64,000 nucleotides of DNA from contig NW_026861766.1 of NCBI RefSeq assembly GCF_026571515.1, forward strand, positions 1 through 64,000, written 5' to 3'. The notes under the pieces are model-generated. The model had not been told where the DNA came from. It did no database searches and was given only the letters and a program-made list of their open reading frames with translations. The position numbers were made by a program, and so were the translations under genes. This DNA is from Ruditapes philippinarum (lineage: Eukaryota). This document shows, in pieces, positions 26,009-39,700 of the stretch (position 1 is the first letter of the stretch; every line of letters begins with the position of its first letter).

Positions 26009-26243
26009 GAGCCGCGTCACGACAAAACCAACATAATGGGTTTGCGATCAGCATGGCTCCAGACCAGCCTGCGCATCCGCGCAGTCTGATCAGGATCCAT
26101 GCTGTTCGCTTACAAACCCTATAACAAGTAGAGAAACTGATAGCGAACAGCATGGATCCTGATCAGACTGCGCAGATACGCAGGCTGGTCTGGATCCATG
26201 CTGGCGGCAAACCAACTATGTTGGTTTTGTCATGACACGGCTC
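26009..26243. mobile_element. Palindromic MITE, Sola-like (AAAT target-site duplication)
   Basis: GAGCC...GGCTC termini, about 100-bp TIRs, AAAT on both sides. Confidence 0.93.
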
Positions 26244-28912
26244 AAATGATACCTTGTTTTCAAAGCCCTCTGCATGACACATATCTTTGCAGATTTAAGC
26301 TGAATCTCTTCAAAGGTTATATAAACTTGATATCTTGATGGGATGCAACAATTCTCTAGGAAATTAGGTGGACAAATACTAATTTTGGTTCGAATGTGTA
26401 CTTGCGCGTGCTTGCTTACGTTAATGTTTTTCATCTGATCAATAAACGGTACTTTGAACATGGCTATAAAACGTTATTTCGTATGAAAATAAATTTGAAA
26501 TTCGTGTTATTAAAACTACGCAGTTTATATTTTTTAATCTGTAACATTGTTATTATTTTTGAAAATTGTGAACAAGTGTTACTTAAACAACTAAGAGAAG
26601 TATCTTTAATTGATAACAAAATTAACTGAAAAATGAATGCGTCTAATTCATTTGCAAATCATATACAATTATACTTTGTTTTAATCATTTTGTCCAGTTT
26701 AAGATTTTCATTGACTTTTATTATAAATAAATGATCACTGGCTTTTATTATAAATAATAATGACTGAATTCAAAAGCAAGTGACCATGTCTATCAGAAAA
26801 TATTTTATTTTTGTTTTTTATACATATCAACATTGTTTCGATTTTCTCGAGTGAGCTTTCAATTATTTGCCTTATTGAACCTTAAAATTAAGTGTTTAAA
26901 GAATTATTAATGTTCTATTAACTCCACCTATCTCTTCTCATGACATATTTTAAACTATTAAAAAGTGTTGATAAATGCATGAAACCCGCTGATCAGAATG
27001 CATAGGTAAAGGGGAGATAAAAACTTTATAAAATGTTTTCAGTTTGTAAAGAAGTTGTCGGACTTTCACACCGCAAAAGAATATTGCTTACATTTAAGTT
27101 TCTTTTCTCCAGTATATAATTATGTGATAAATATTCCAATGATTATAAATGGGGTTCTTTATTGAGATTTCCCATAAGGCAGGAATGAAAAATAAGAAAA
27201 AAAGTAACGTCGAAATTAGCACAGCTAAAGCTAAAACGAGTGAAAACGTACGACACCCAATAATTCTTAAAGAAAATTTCTACTATCTCTTTACAAATAT
27301 TGAAAGAAAATTACTTGCTTTTCAATAACATTTGTGAAAATGACGACCTGGCTACCGTACTAAATACTAAAATGTTAGATTATCAAATACATAACTTTAT
27401 ATCTAATACCTGACTTATGTTATATAACAAGTGAAGGAAGGCCACGTGCAGCTGGTTAGAGCGGCTGACTCTCGGGTAGACGATAATCTGTATGGAGCAA
27501 GAAAGTGCTGTGGTAAGTCCATGCATAGCAGACCAAAGCATAACAGTGGTGAAAATGTAACCTAAACTGTCATCAAAGTCAAGGTATAATAAATTTCACT
27601 AAAAAGTTATAGGGTATGAACCTTTATCTAATTAAACAAAAATTGATATACCTTAAGTACAGTAAAAAATCACGTTGTTCCCATAATAGGTCGATTACGA
27701 AAGGGTGGTATCATAGAATGTTTCTGCTTTTTTACACTCATGAATGGAATAATTTAGTTCTAGAACAAAATATAATGCTGCTATTTTAAGTAGGATTTTA
27801 CCGTCCAAATGATTACGTGCATGTACCATTTGCTCATAAGAAAACATACCAAATACATTGTAATTTCATCATTAAGGTATTTTGGAATTATCTTTTTTTT
27901 ACAATTTAAACAAAAAGTTTGTTAACAGCAGCTAGCAGAGATGTAGCTTAATATATTGGTTTTAAGGTTTGAGTAGGGTATATTTTACTATGTCAAGGAA
28001 AGCAAAGGATCACCTAGGCATCTATCAAGTATATTAAAACTCATAATTCACTTTATGGAGGAAAATAAAGATTCCCAAAAAAAACATTAGGCCTATCTAT
28101 GATTTAATATTTTATTTATATATGCTTTATATTTTAATAGTTTTTGAAAATGAACTTTTGTGTCATTAATATACATTTGTATCAGTTTAGCGATTGGACG
28201 AATTTGTCGTATTTTGTGTATTTAGTGGGTTTTTTTCCCAACAATGCCAGGTTCTTGGTCTGCACATAAACGCTTCCTTTCGCATTGGACTATCGAGGTG
28301 GAAATATAACTTCAGTGCACATGAAATTTGACACGGCGTACTCCCGGTGTTATAGCGTCGGTTGTCAGGGGTTATATCTTGATGCCAGAGGTTACCACCT
28401 ACAGTAGCAAGCCACTTGGCTTATCAGTGAAGTTGGGATATAAAATAAACAGACACATAATGTAAGTTATCTTTTTCAGACAATAACGCTTTTATTTCGA
28501 CATTTAAAATGTATTTAAGATATATTCGCATGGCTCCCATTACACGCCGTTACTTTGGTGTTAAACAAATCTTTCTTGTAATTAATGTTTTGTACACAAA
28601 AGTATATGCTATACTTAATTATGAAAGCAAACTTGTCACGTGATACAATATTCACTGTGAAATATTTAGTTTAACAAAACTATATCCTTCTATGTTTAGA
28701 ATCGTAAAATATTAAGAAAAGTGTATCAAATCCACACCAATTGCCTTTCAGAAAAGTAATTAATATGATTAGGTATATTATACGATGGTAAATGAGTAAA
28801 TATTGATAAAGATCATTTTCAGAGAACGAAATAAAAATTCTAATTATTGCTCTAACACTCCGCCTACTTTGAACAAGTATGGGAAATTATGAAACATTTG
28901 TTGTTGTTATTT

Positions 28913-29147
28913 GAGCCGTGTCATGACAAAACCAACATAATGGGTTTGCGACCAGCATAGATCCAGACCAGCCTGCGCATCCGCGCAGTCTGATCAGGAT
29001 CCATGCTGTTCGCTTACCAACTCTATTACAAGTAGAGAAACTGATAGCAAACAGCATGGATCCTGATCAGACTGCGCGGATGGGCAGGCTGGTCTGGATC
29101 CATGCTGGTCGCAAACCCATTATGTTGGTTTTGTCATGACACGGCTC
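28913..29147. mobile_element. Palindromic MITE, Sola-like
   Basis: Near-perfect TIRs; flanks ATTT / AATT. Confidence 0.93.
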
Positions 29148-31478
29148 AATTTTTTTTATTAATTGAGAAGATTCAGCGGTGGAATATCATTTAATTAGCG
29201 GCCTCTCTGGTATCATTTTAAGTAGGACGGCTTTGTAAAAACTGTCTCGGGAGAGGAATAGAAAACAATTATTTGTTTATGAATAAATATCGAGCAGTGT
29301 TCTGAAAAGAGACAGCTGTTGTTTTCATTGGCCCATGACCTGCTCGAGAAAAATTGATCTGATTTGTGGCCTACAGGTGGTCGTTATCAATTATATATCA
29401 ATTTATGGGTAACTACAGTAGCACAAAATGTCTCAGCATTAAGATTGAGCATGAGTCAAAACGGCGAAAATTGGACAATTTTGAATCAAACTAGACTTCT
29501 CATTACACAATTTTATATTTTAACGATACATTCAAGCTGTAATATTCAAAAAATATAAATCGTTTCTTATTTAATGTCATTTAAATAATGTTTTAAATTT
29601 GTTTCATTTTAGATACACAAGTAACAGAAGACAGACAATCTGTGGAATGGTAAATATTTTCCTTATATAATTAATACTAGAATAAATAAATTCTATTTAT
29701 AACTTTCAATTTTTTCTGACGGCATTCTGTTATATAAACAAGATATAAGATTTAATATTACATACAGTGATCATTATCGTCAATTTGTAAATATATAAAA
29801 TGTATACTTGAAATATCATCACACATCGGTGTGTATACAAATTGATAGCCTCATGTATGTATTATTTATGTATTTTAATAGTTTGAATTATACATATTAG
29901 TAAAAGAGTAAATGTTGCGTAGTTTAATATTATGTTATATGGTTACGTAATACGAAAAATATTGCCGGATGTACAAAGCAGTTCTTCTGTAGCTGTATCA
30001 TAAATGACTTGAAAGGGTTTTTCACATGACGGGACTGGAAATAATCTTTTGAGATTTTAACCCCATCTGATGTAGGTCAATACCCAAAAAGTTATGTGCA
30101 AAATTTCAGATCATTCGCTACCTTCGTTTTCCAGAAAAAAATGTTCTTATTGTCAAAAATGACCTAAAATTGAAAAGCGTTGCTATGCTTTTCACTCAAA
30201 TCAGACTGAGAATAACACAAACATATGATTTTCAGTGTATTTCTGGGTATATTTCTTAATGATCTATTTCTGTTTTGGGTGTCCAAATCTATGTGAGAAA
30301 ATAAAATTCTATGTTTTAGGCTTATGAACGTCAGTGGAGTTCCCTTAATAACGTTGCGTACTTTGCCGGAATCATTTAGATTTCGATTATTTATAATTTC
30401 GAGAATGGCCGGAAAGTTATTTTTAACGGGGTAAATTAATATTTTAAATCACTTAATTTAAATCGTAGTTCTGTTCTAAGTGATAATAGGGTTATCAAAC
30501 AATCATTTAAAAGAGAAAAAAATCCTGGCACCAGAAAAACTTTAACTCATTTCTTATCTTATCGCACTTTTTATATAGTCTTCCGCTAACAGAATCAAAA
30601 TATCTCCAATCGTAGACCGATGAACACTAATTTAACTTCTAGAGAACTTTTTTTTCTGCTAGGATTTTATAGTGTGAGCTTCGCTAACATAATTAATTAA
30701 TGTATTCTTGAATACATTTTTTATGCTGAAACAGTGATATAAAATGAAAAGAGTATATAAGATATGAGTGGGGTAGAGTTACAGAAATAATATTCATTTT
30801 GGATTTTTATCAAGAAGCATTCACGTGCAGATCTTATCTTCTATTTCCGGCCGCCTGGCGCGTGCTAAGGTAAGCGTCCAGCTGGGAATTTATCTACTCA
30901 GTAAATAATCCTGACCATTAATAAGGAGATATAGCTCTAAAAGAATCTTCCAACGTGTACTTTTTGTTGTCATTAATGATAATTGACTTTTAATAACACG
31001 AGAACAAATCTTGTTGTGTTTCTTTTCTTTTTCGCGCTAATTCACGATGGTTTAAGAAAAGCTTTAAAAAGGTAATGTATAACTCTTGTTATATAAGATG
31101 TAAGCTGTCTGAACTATTTTAAACTTTGACTTTAGGTTATTATTATTTTCTGTAACACCGTTTAAAAACATGTGCATCCTACCTTCTTTTATAATTGGCT
31201 ACGCTGCACGTGAGACATACAAAAACAACGCCAAGCGAAATATAGGTTTTGTTTACATTGAACAGCTCACATATGCTTAGAAAAAAATGTGGTTTAACTA
31301 CAACCGGCATTAATGTTTGGGAATACCTGTTTTATGGCAGTAACGTTAACATATATCGGATATTTATATCTCACACGCACCTCTCATTGTGCTTCACACG
31401 TTAGCATTTTCCACAAACCATGTGATTAATTTTCCACCTTTTGTTTCAGAAGCCACAATTGGGTCCAAAATTAGTTTT

Positions 31479-32167
31479 ATGCGCTCTGGCGTTTACATCG
31501 TGAACGAGCCGCAGCCAGACGCAGAAAGTATTTCAAATTTTGATGAACCAAATCAGATCTTAGTAAATAATATGGAACAACCGGACGTACCGCAGCAACA
31601 GATTGAGGGCACGTCGATTGACCCCTTAGTGCCAGCGGAAGGAACTGAAGTTGATAACATTGGTGAAGAGCAAATAAGTGAAAATGAGATAAATGAACAG
31701 GAAGTAGGAGAACCTGTAGTGAAAGAAATGACTCCTGAAGGAGATGCCCCGTTAGCGGAGCAAGAACGTGACAGTGGTCTGCATGTTCCTCCACCATCAC
31801 CAAATAATTGTGAAAGTGAAGACGAAGCTAAAATTTTAATGCAAGATGGTGATGAGCCGGAATTAATGAAAATCGAGGATGTTCCTACCCCAGAAAAAGA
31901 GGACATTGTTTTTATCGAATCTGAACCTACTCCACTAGAGGAATCTACTCCGAAAAAGAAAAAAGATAAAAAGGAAAAGAAAACAAAAGAAAAGAAAGAG
32001 AAGAAAGAAAAAATACCAAAAGAACCCAAACCACCGAAGGAACCGAAACCTCCAAAGGAACCAAAACCACCGAAAGAACCGAAACCACAAAAGGAACCTA
32101 AGGCGCCTAAAGAACCGAAACAGCCCAGGAAGATTCACTTCAACTGGAATATTCAACCAATGTTCAA
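31479..32167 (+). CDS. otop: Otopetrin-family gene, first coding exon (acidic disordered region + Lys-rich and PKE/PKP repeats)
   Basis: Acceptor TTGTTTCAG| at 31449, ATG at 31479, 230-codon open frame. Donor AA|GTAAGT is phase 2 and joins the phase-2 acceptor at 51867 to give PMFK-SSLVKLL. Linkage across 19.7 kb is inferred from phase and strand only. Confidence 0.72.
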
Positions 32168-35100
32168 GTAAGTGTCTTTATATACACATGACTAGAATGT
32201 TATACTGTTAAATTTTGTCATTATTTACTATTTCAATATATTTCGACCCTTTAATCTATATCTGCATATTTCGACACGGTATAGGTAATTTGTGTGGATA
32301 ATAAAAAGTGCTTGACACCACGTTGAATCAATTTATATATACATTTTATGAGTACATATGACAATATATTTTACAAATTAGGACAATATCTACATTTTGA
32401 TGGACTTTTTATGAATTTGCAGCACGCCTAGTAAAGAACTTTTTTTTCAAGTTTGTTTTATGACAAAAGAAGATTTTTGAAGACACTTATTGAGCCAACG
32501 GCAAACATTTATAAATTAAAGGTTATATTGTTACACCAGAATGTGTGCAAGAGTGTGTGTCAAATCATATGCAGCTTGTGACACATTATTATAACCTGCG
32601 TGATTTTACAAGGTGCTCGTGATATTCAATGTCACCATGTAACTAGTCACACGTGCATTCAGTTACGTAACTATCGTTGCCAAGTAATGCTTGCAATATT
32701 ATAGCGAGCGTTCATTGGGGAGCGTTTTATTCAGCTGATGACTAGCGTGTACAGGAACAACACGCTCTGCTGGACGCTTTATTAATGAATAAATTATCAA
32801 TTCATCATAAAAAAAACTCCTGATTACACGCTGTTAGATCATTCCCCCTTGATATCCCTAGATAAATCAACATCTGAAAAGATACCAAAAAATAGATATG
32901 ATACTGATGATAGAGAATTAACATCCCGGCCAGTTTGATAGCGACCATTATTTCTTATCTCTTATCATAACTGTTCTGATAATAAAGATTTATTTGGAAC
33001 AAACTGCACTGAAAAGTTTATTTTTCAAGAATTCTCCTTTGTGTACACTGTTTTAAGATTTACGTATTTTTTATATCTTTAAAACTTATCTCTTTTCTGC
33101 AAGCAATTTTCAAGCGTTTGCTCGGTACAGATAACAGCATGTTTTCGAGCACCTGCCTCAATCAGGTCAAACAGAAGCTTGCTGGAGATAAGATTGTGGG
33201 AATCATTTTTCTGACATTGATTTGATTACTAAATATAGATCAGGGTCTAAAGGAGCTATTTAACAACCTTGTCCAAATATAAAAACGAATGGATGCGTAA
33301 AAGGAAAGAAATTGTAATAGAAAAACATTAAAAATAACTGAACCATTACGTTGAATTTATTATTAATAGGAAAGACATAGATTCTATTCATTCCAGAGAT
33401 AAGAGAAAAAGATACAAATCAAGAAAAACTACTTCTCTGTTTCGTTAAGACAAATTTACTCATAAATGCGCATCATTATAAATGTTACACAGAAACAAGC
33501 GTGAACTATTTAGCTGTTCGTGTTTAAAGGAGGCAGCATAACTTGCTATAAATGAACAACAAGCCACTTGCAAAAAATTCATTAACTCAAGTACCATTTA
33601 CAAATTTTTATTTCTGAAGTAATTATATGTTCGCTTTTTGTGTGAAAGTAATATCATATACCTAATTCTTTTTACATGTTTGAGTAATAATAAGTGCGGA
33701 ATGACAGTGTTCTTGTTTATTATTGGGTCGTTAAAGGCTATAAATTTGTATTATATGTAGCTTTAAGTGCTCCTTAAATGATCAAAGACGGTATAGCAAA
33801 CAATATAGATGCTTGCAGGTTTCTTTATCTTTCATTAACTTGCATGTAGGGATAGAGACTTGCAATATTCGATTTATTTCCATAAATATTTTCATTTCAA
33901 TATAGTTGGCATTCATTTATATTAAAACAAATAGCATGCATACATGAAATTTAAACATTTATGAATTAAATTGAAGAAAACTATTTCAATCTATACTACA
34001 CGTCAAGAATTAAATAAGAGTTTAGACAACAATTATTTCCATAGCCTTTTGTGGTCCTTGAAATGTACCATTGTACGACAAGGCGACAAAGTGTATGATC
34101 TATCATATATGTCATAGTATTAATAAATACAAGTACATGGAAGACATATAATTATATATATTATTTTCATCACAAAATAATTTTTATCCCACATTCTTCA
34201 AAATTAATAAGTTATCAGTAATACTGATAAGCCGAATAAACAGAAACACATGAGGAAAAATCTGGTAAAGGGTGATCAATAATAGCAACAATGAAAATTG
34301 CAGACTCGGTTTGATTGAGTCTGTTCGTCAGGGATAATAGAAAAGTGCATATTTTACTGTGGGTAAATTAGACGATTTTCCTCGTTCGCCTGTTTGCATT
34401 ATTCATAAGTTCAGAAATTCTCTAAGTCCATATAACATATTTGTACGTAGCAAATGTTGCGACAATATTGTGGTTGGTTGATTCTTCGATATCTTATCAT
34501 TTAGTGTTGAACGCTGAATGCTGAAATGGTAGAAACATTGAATTGTTTAAAGCAAAGACGACTTTAGATATATAGTAAACAGTTGGCGTCTAAAACTCTC
34601 ATGATGATGAAGTTAAAGCTTAATGAGGGTCCATCCGCCCTTTCGGGCACAAAATGCAGCTTTCGCTGTCGAGTACGGACCCCGGACATGCCACCAATCA
34701 TGTCCTTAAAGAGTTAAAACTCTCACTAAAACTCTTGTAAAAATATATATCGAGATCACGTGACAGCTTGCTTGGACAATGTCATTTGTGTTATGTTGTA
34801 TTATATAATTTACTTTAGAATAAAAAGTGCGAAACGATGTACAAGTATTTAAAAAAAGTTCCATACATTTCATTTGTTAAGGAACATAAAATAGCATAAC
34901 AACTATTTGCTTGATTTTTTTTTAACGAGACCTCATTAAAAAATATAGTGTGTTATACTTGAAGTATATTGTGTATCATGAAATATTATGATACAGTGTA
35001 AATCTTTAGAAATATCGAGTACTAAACACGACACATATATAATATTCCGAGTCATCAAAAATTATAAAGTTATCTAAACCTTCTTTTGAATGCATGAAAA

Positions 35101-35406
35101 GAGCTCTATAAAACCATGTATACATGAACGGCAATGTGCTAGGGTGATTTGACCTAAACCTATAAATTAGAACCATGCATCTGTAAATATTTTGCCCTAC
35201 AGCTATTAGTTAGCTAATTTAATTCATGAACCATTAATCCATCTAAAACATAGACATGAGTGATGATTATTTACATATACATGATTCTGTTTATGAGCCA
35301 CTTTGATGTGATGTGTTTGTTTCGGAAGTACCGTTGCCATGGTAACATTTTAGATATGTTCCATTATGAATATGGTTTAAAAAGGAAATATATGTATGCA
35401 TTAAAC

Positions 35407-35671
35407 TACAGAATGCCGTTAGGGCCATCGCCTATGAATGGTTAGATCTGAAACGCGATACTCGACAGTACGATGATGAAAACACGATAGTTTATCGCGT
35501 TTTCATCATCGTAGTATCCTACTGTCGCGTTTTCATCATCGTATTATCGCGTTTTCATCATCGTACTTCCGCGTTTTCACCATCGTGATTTCGTGTTTTC
35601 ACCATCGTACTATCGACTATCGCGTTTCAGATTAACACATTCATAGGCGATGGCCCTAACGGCATTCCGTA
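35407..35671. mobile_element. Non-autonomous TIR element with TAC...GTA termini and 6-bp TSD (IS3EU-like)
   Basis: TIRs TACAGAATGCCGTTAGGGCCATCGCCTATGAATG / CATTCATAGGCGATGGCCCTAACGGCATTCCGTA. TTAAAC on both flanks. Internal TCGCGTTTTCATCATCGT repeats. Confidence 0.85.
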
Positions 35672-35952
35672 TTAAACATATAAAGTGATTAAAGCGGATA
35701 TTTAAATGCTTTTACATCGGTAATATCCGTATAAAAAGAATGTTTAAACATTGGAAATATCAAATATAGAAATCAATATAAAATCATAGACAATATCACA
35801 CATAAATCAATATGCAAACATTATAAAAAATCTATCATATGAATCAATATGTCAATTTTGTCAATGTCAATATATAAATCAATATTGAAAGATTTCAAAA
35901 ATCAGACATTGGCATCAGTACGTTAAAATTGCAAATATAAATAGAGACATCA

Positions 35953-36735
35953 TTATTTTAGTAATGCCACATAAATATTAACAATACTTAAGTAATGACA
36001 CATAATTATTGACAATATTTTAGTAATGTCACATAAATATTAACAATATTTTAGCAATGACACATAAATTTTGACAATATTTCATTATGTCACATAAATA
36101 TTGATAATATTTTAGCAATGTCATATAAATATTAACAATACTTAAGTAATGTCAAATAAATATTAACAATATTTTAGTAATGCCACATAAATATTGACAA
36201 TATTTTAGTCATGTCACATAAATACTGACAATATTTTAGTAATGTCAGATAAATATTAACAATATTTTAGTAATGCCTCATAAATATTGACAATATTTTA
36301 GTAAAGTCGCATAAATATTAACAATATTTTAGCAATGCCACATAAATAATGACAATATTTCATTATGTCACATAAATATCGATTATATTTTAGCAATGTC
36401 ATATAAATATTAACAATACTTAAGTAATGTCAAATAAATATGGACAATATTTTAGTAATGCCACATAAATATTTACAATATTTTAGTAATGTCGCATAAA
36501 TATTGACAATACTTAAGTAATGTCACATATATATTGACAATATTTTATTAATGCCACATAAATATTCACAATATTTTAGTAATGTCACATAAATATTGAC
36601 AATATTTTAGCAATGTCACATAAATATTGACCATATTTAAGTAATGTCACATAAATATTGCGACAATATTTTAGAAATGTCGCATAAATATATAACTTTA
36701 TTTCATTTTAGTAATGTTACATAAATACTGACAAT
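35953..36735. repeat. 31-bp AT-rich tandem array (~25 copies), AATATTTTAGTAATGTCACATAAATATTGAC
   Basis: Period read directly. Confidence 0.93.
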
Positions 36736-39700
36736 AGTATAGAATGGAAATCAAAAATAAACGTACAGTTTTCACTGTTAGCAAAGAAATATATAAGGGT
36801 TGTAGCTGCATTTCAGCAAAGTAAAATATCTGATATATGATTGTAACATAGTTATTCTCGCTGTTGCATCATTGATATCGACATTTCATTTTCTTTTCAT
36901 CTGTTTTATCGCATGGCACACAGCTGTTCTTATAGATAGTTGCAGGCTTTTCTACCAAGATGCTGATTAGATTGAAATTTATATGATATCTTCTTTTTCT
37001 GCAAATACCCCAGAGGAGTAGATTTTGAAAATAAAACGTAAATAATGATTGAGAATGCTGAGTTAAACCATTCTCGTAGAAACGCAAATGATGGAAATCA
37101 TTTTATTTATATTGTAAATTTAAAAACATAATTTCATCAATGTGTTCCCGTTAAAATCACGCTTACAAGTTAAAAAATAGTTTTTGAAAGTCGAAAAAAT
37201 TTCAACTTCGTAAAATATCGTCTTGAATAAAGACATCATCCAATGCCAAATGATCACTTTGTGCGAAGACAAGGTGTTTTTGTGGTGAAATATTATACTT
37301 TAAAATTTAGTAAATATTAATTAAATTCAAGTAATAAAGTATTTTGTGCAAACATATTCTTAATTCGTCGAAATGACGCAAAAATAAGGGTTTCATATTT
37401 TTTATTGTTAGCACTCCGAAATAAATCTTTGTATATGTTTAATTGTAACAGTTGGGTGCATTGTAAATTTTGTGTTTATCTATTATGATTTTACAAAGCC
37501 TGTAAAAATACTGATATATATTGTATTTTTTCAAGAAAACTAACTTAGATAAAAGACGTCTGCTTCTAATAAACATTTTATGTCTGCGCATGCTCTATCC
37601 TTGTTTTGTCACAGGAATCATAAGCTTGTATTTTATAACATATCTCAAGACAAGATTTTGGCAGTCCCTGGACGTATTCCGGAAGTTAGATATAATTATG
37701 ATATGTTATCTTAAGACAATACAATAATTGCTAGAGTGATTGTTTATCATGATATAACACGAGAATAACGTGCAAACAAATGTTACAATTTGCGAGAACA
37801 TTAACATCCTGTCAGAGAGATAAGCCTTGTTTGTACCCATTTGTCTTGATATTAATTGTGATAATGAATCGATTACGACGATATTACCAACTTTCATCTC
37901 AGTTAATGCTAACTTTTCGTGTAAAATTGTAAATAGAATTTACAGGTACTTTATGTTATAATGCTTGCTTTAACTTTGTAATATATTGTTATGTCATTAG
38001 ACTAGAATAAAAGAATGAATACATTCTTTGGTTAAAATTCTATGTTTTTTATCACCTGTATAAGACTCTTGTATATTTAGCTGAGAGAACAAAAAAGCTT
38101 CGACCTTGACCTTTTTCGAACCATTTAACACATAAATACGTTTCTTCGGTTATTGTCGGCTCATTTCAGAAAATAGTAATTTATCATTCTAGAAATATAT
38201 ATTTGAGGGATTACTTTGCTATATATATACATGTTTCAGATTATAAGCCACCTTGCGATGAGATAAACCGTCGGATCTGTTACTATAGCAACGAGGTTGT
38301 TTTTTATTCAGATTTGTTTCCTTGTTTTATTTTAACGAGAACCTGAAAACAGGTCTTTTTTATTTTTATTTATTACTCATTTTAAAAATTAATTTCCAGA
38401 TTTTCAAATATTTAAAACTTTTTAAAAGTTAAAGTATACACAAAATAATAATTGAAATAATTTAATACATTCTTGAACTTTATGATACATAGATATTATT
38501 GCTAGTCGATGCATCAATTAACCTGCTTACAGTTTGCTCGTGCAAACAAAATTCGGTGTATTATCATTAGCACGTGCAGAAATGTCGTCTGCTACAGTCG
38601 ATGAGGTTTTGTGAGCTAAAAATAACCTATAACTATAAGCATTATTGTGTAAAGACAGAGCTCAGGTCGGCAAACTCACAAAAATTAGCCGCCCATCAAC
38701 CATTAAACATAAATATGAGTGATGATTATTTATATATACATGTTTCTTGTTATTAGCCACTTGAAGATGAGATATACCGCTAGCTTCGTTGCCATGGCAA
38801 TATTTTTTTTCGAGTTCTTCTTTTTTTCGGAATGTATATAACGTGAATAAGGCTTATCAGATTTTTTTCTCTGCGAATAATTTTATGTTTTTTACATTTA
38901 CGAATAAAAGTAGGTCATGTCTGTCCTTTACCTAAGATAACATTTTTTAACTTTAACCATACTTCCTTCCTGTCATATCGTACATACCAAAGCTATTGAA
39001 AAATATATTTTTTTTCTTTGTATTTTATGCTGGTAAGTTTATAAGTCTGTCTCAATAAATCAGCAGATTTGAACCTCATCCATGAATTATGTGAAAAGAT
39101 TTCTATTTGATATAATATTATCATATGTTTGTTTGATATAGTCGTAAACAATTTTTGTTACTGATATGATGGTAATTTCATCAAAATAACCCAAATTGAC
39201 ACCATACTGATCATTATTATCTCTGATTAGAATTTCATTTCTCGTATTTTCATACAATGGTATAAAATGGGGATTTTCGAGGATATTTCTTTGCCTAAGT
39301 TGATGCATTGAAGGCATCATTAATTCTGCATTCTAAATAACTAAACTGGACCAAAAGCCACACATAACGATAACGAAAAAACTATTTAAACAAACATGCC
39401 GATTTCTCTGTAATCAACCCTCTTACCTTTCACAAAAAAAAAGTATTTGCCTCTGTTGATGCGCACGTATCGAGTAGTTCAATGGCATAATTATATTGTA
39501 ACTGTGAATAAAAATTGGCGGATTTTTGTCCAAATTGCAACCTGTTTAAGTCACCTCAATAAACGTAACAAATAACAGCGTATGTTTTGGCACATTTTAC
39601 CAACGTTCGCTCTGTTTTGATTTAAAGCATGTTTTTATATTCCAAGAACAAAAACGGATTTGAGACTAAAAAATGATTAAACAATAATACTACTCCACTC

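Noticed and set aside
31477-32156. Antisense ORFs (108, 158 and 73 aa)
   Set aside because: Shadows of the low-complexity + strand exon.
35259-38801. C/D-box snoRNA reading of the intronic modules (GTGATGA resembles box C)
   Set aside because: No CTGA box D or terminal stem at a suitable distance in the copies.
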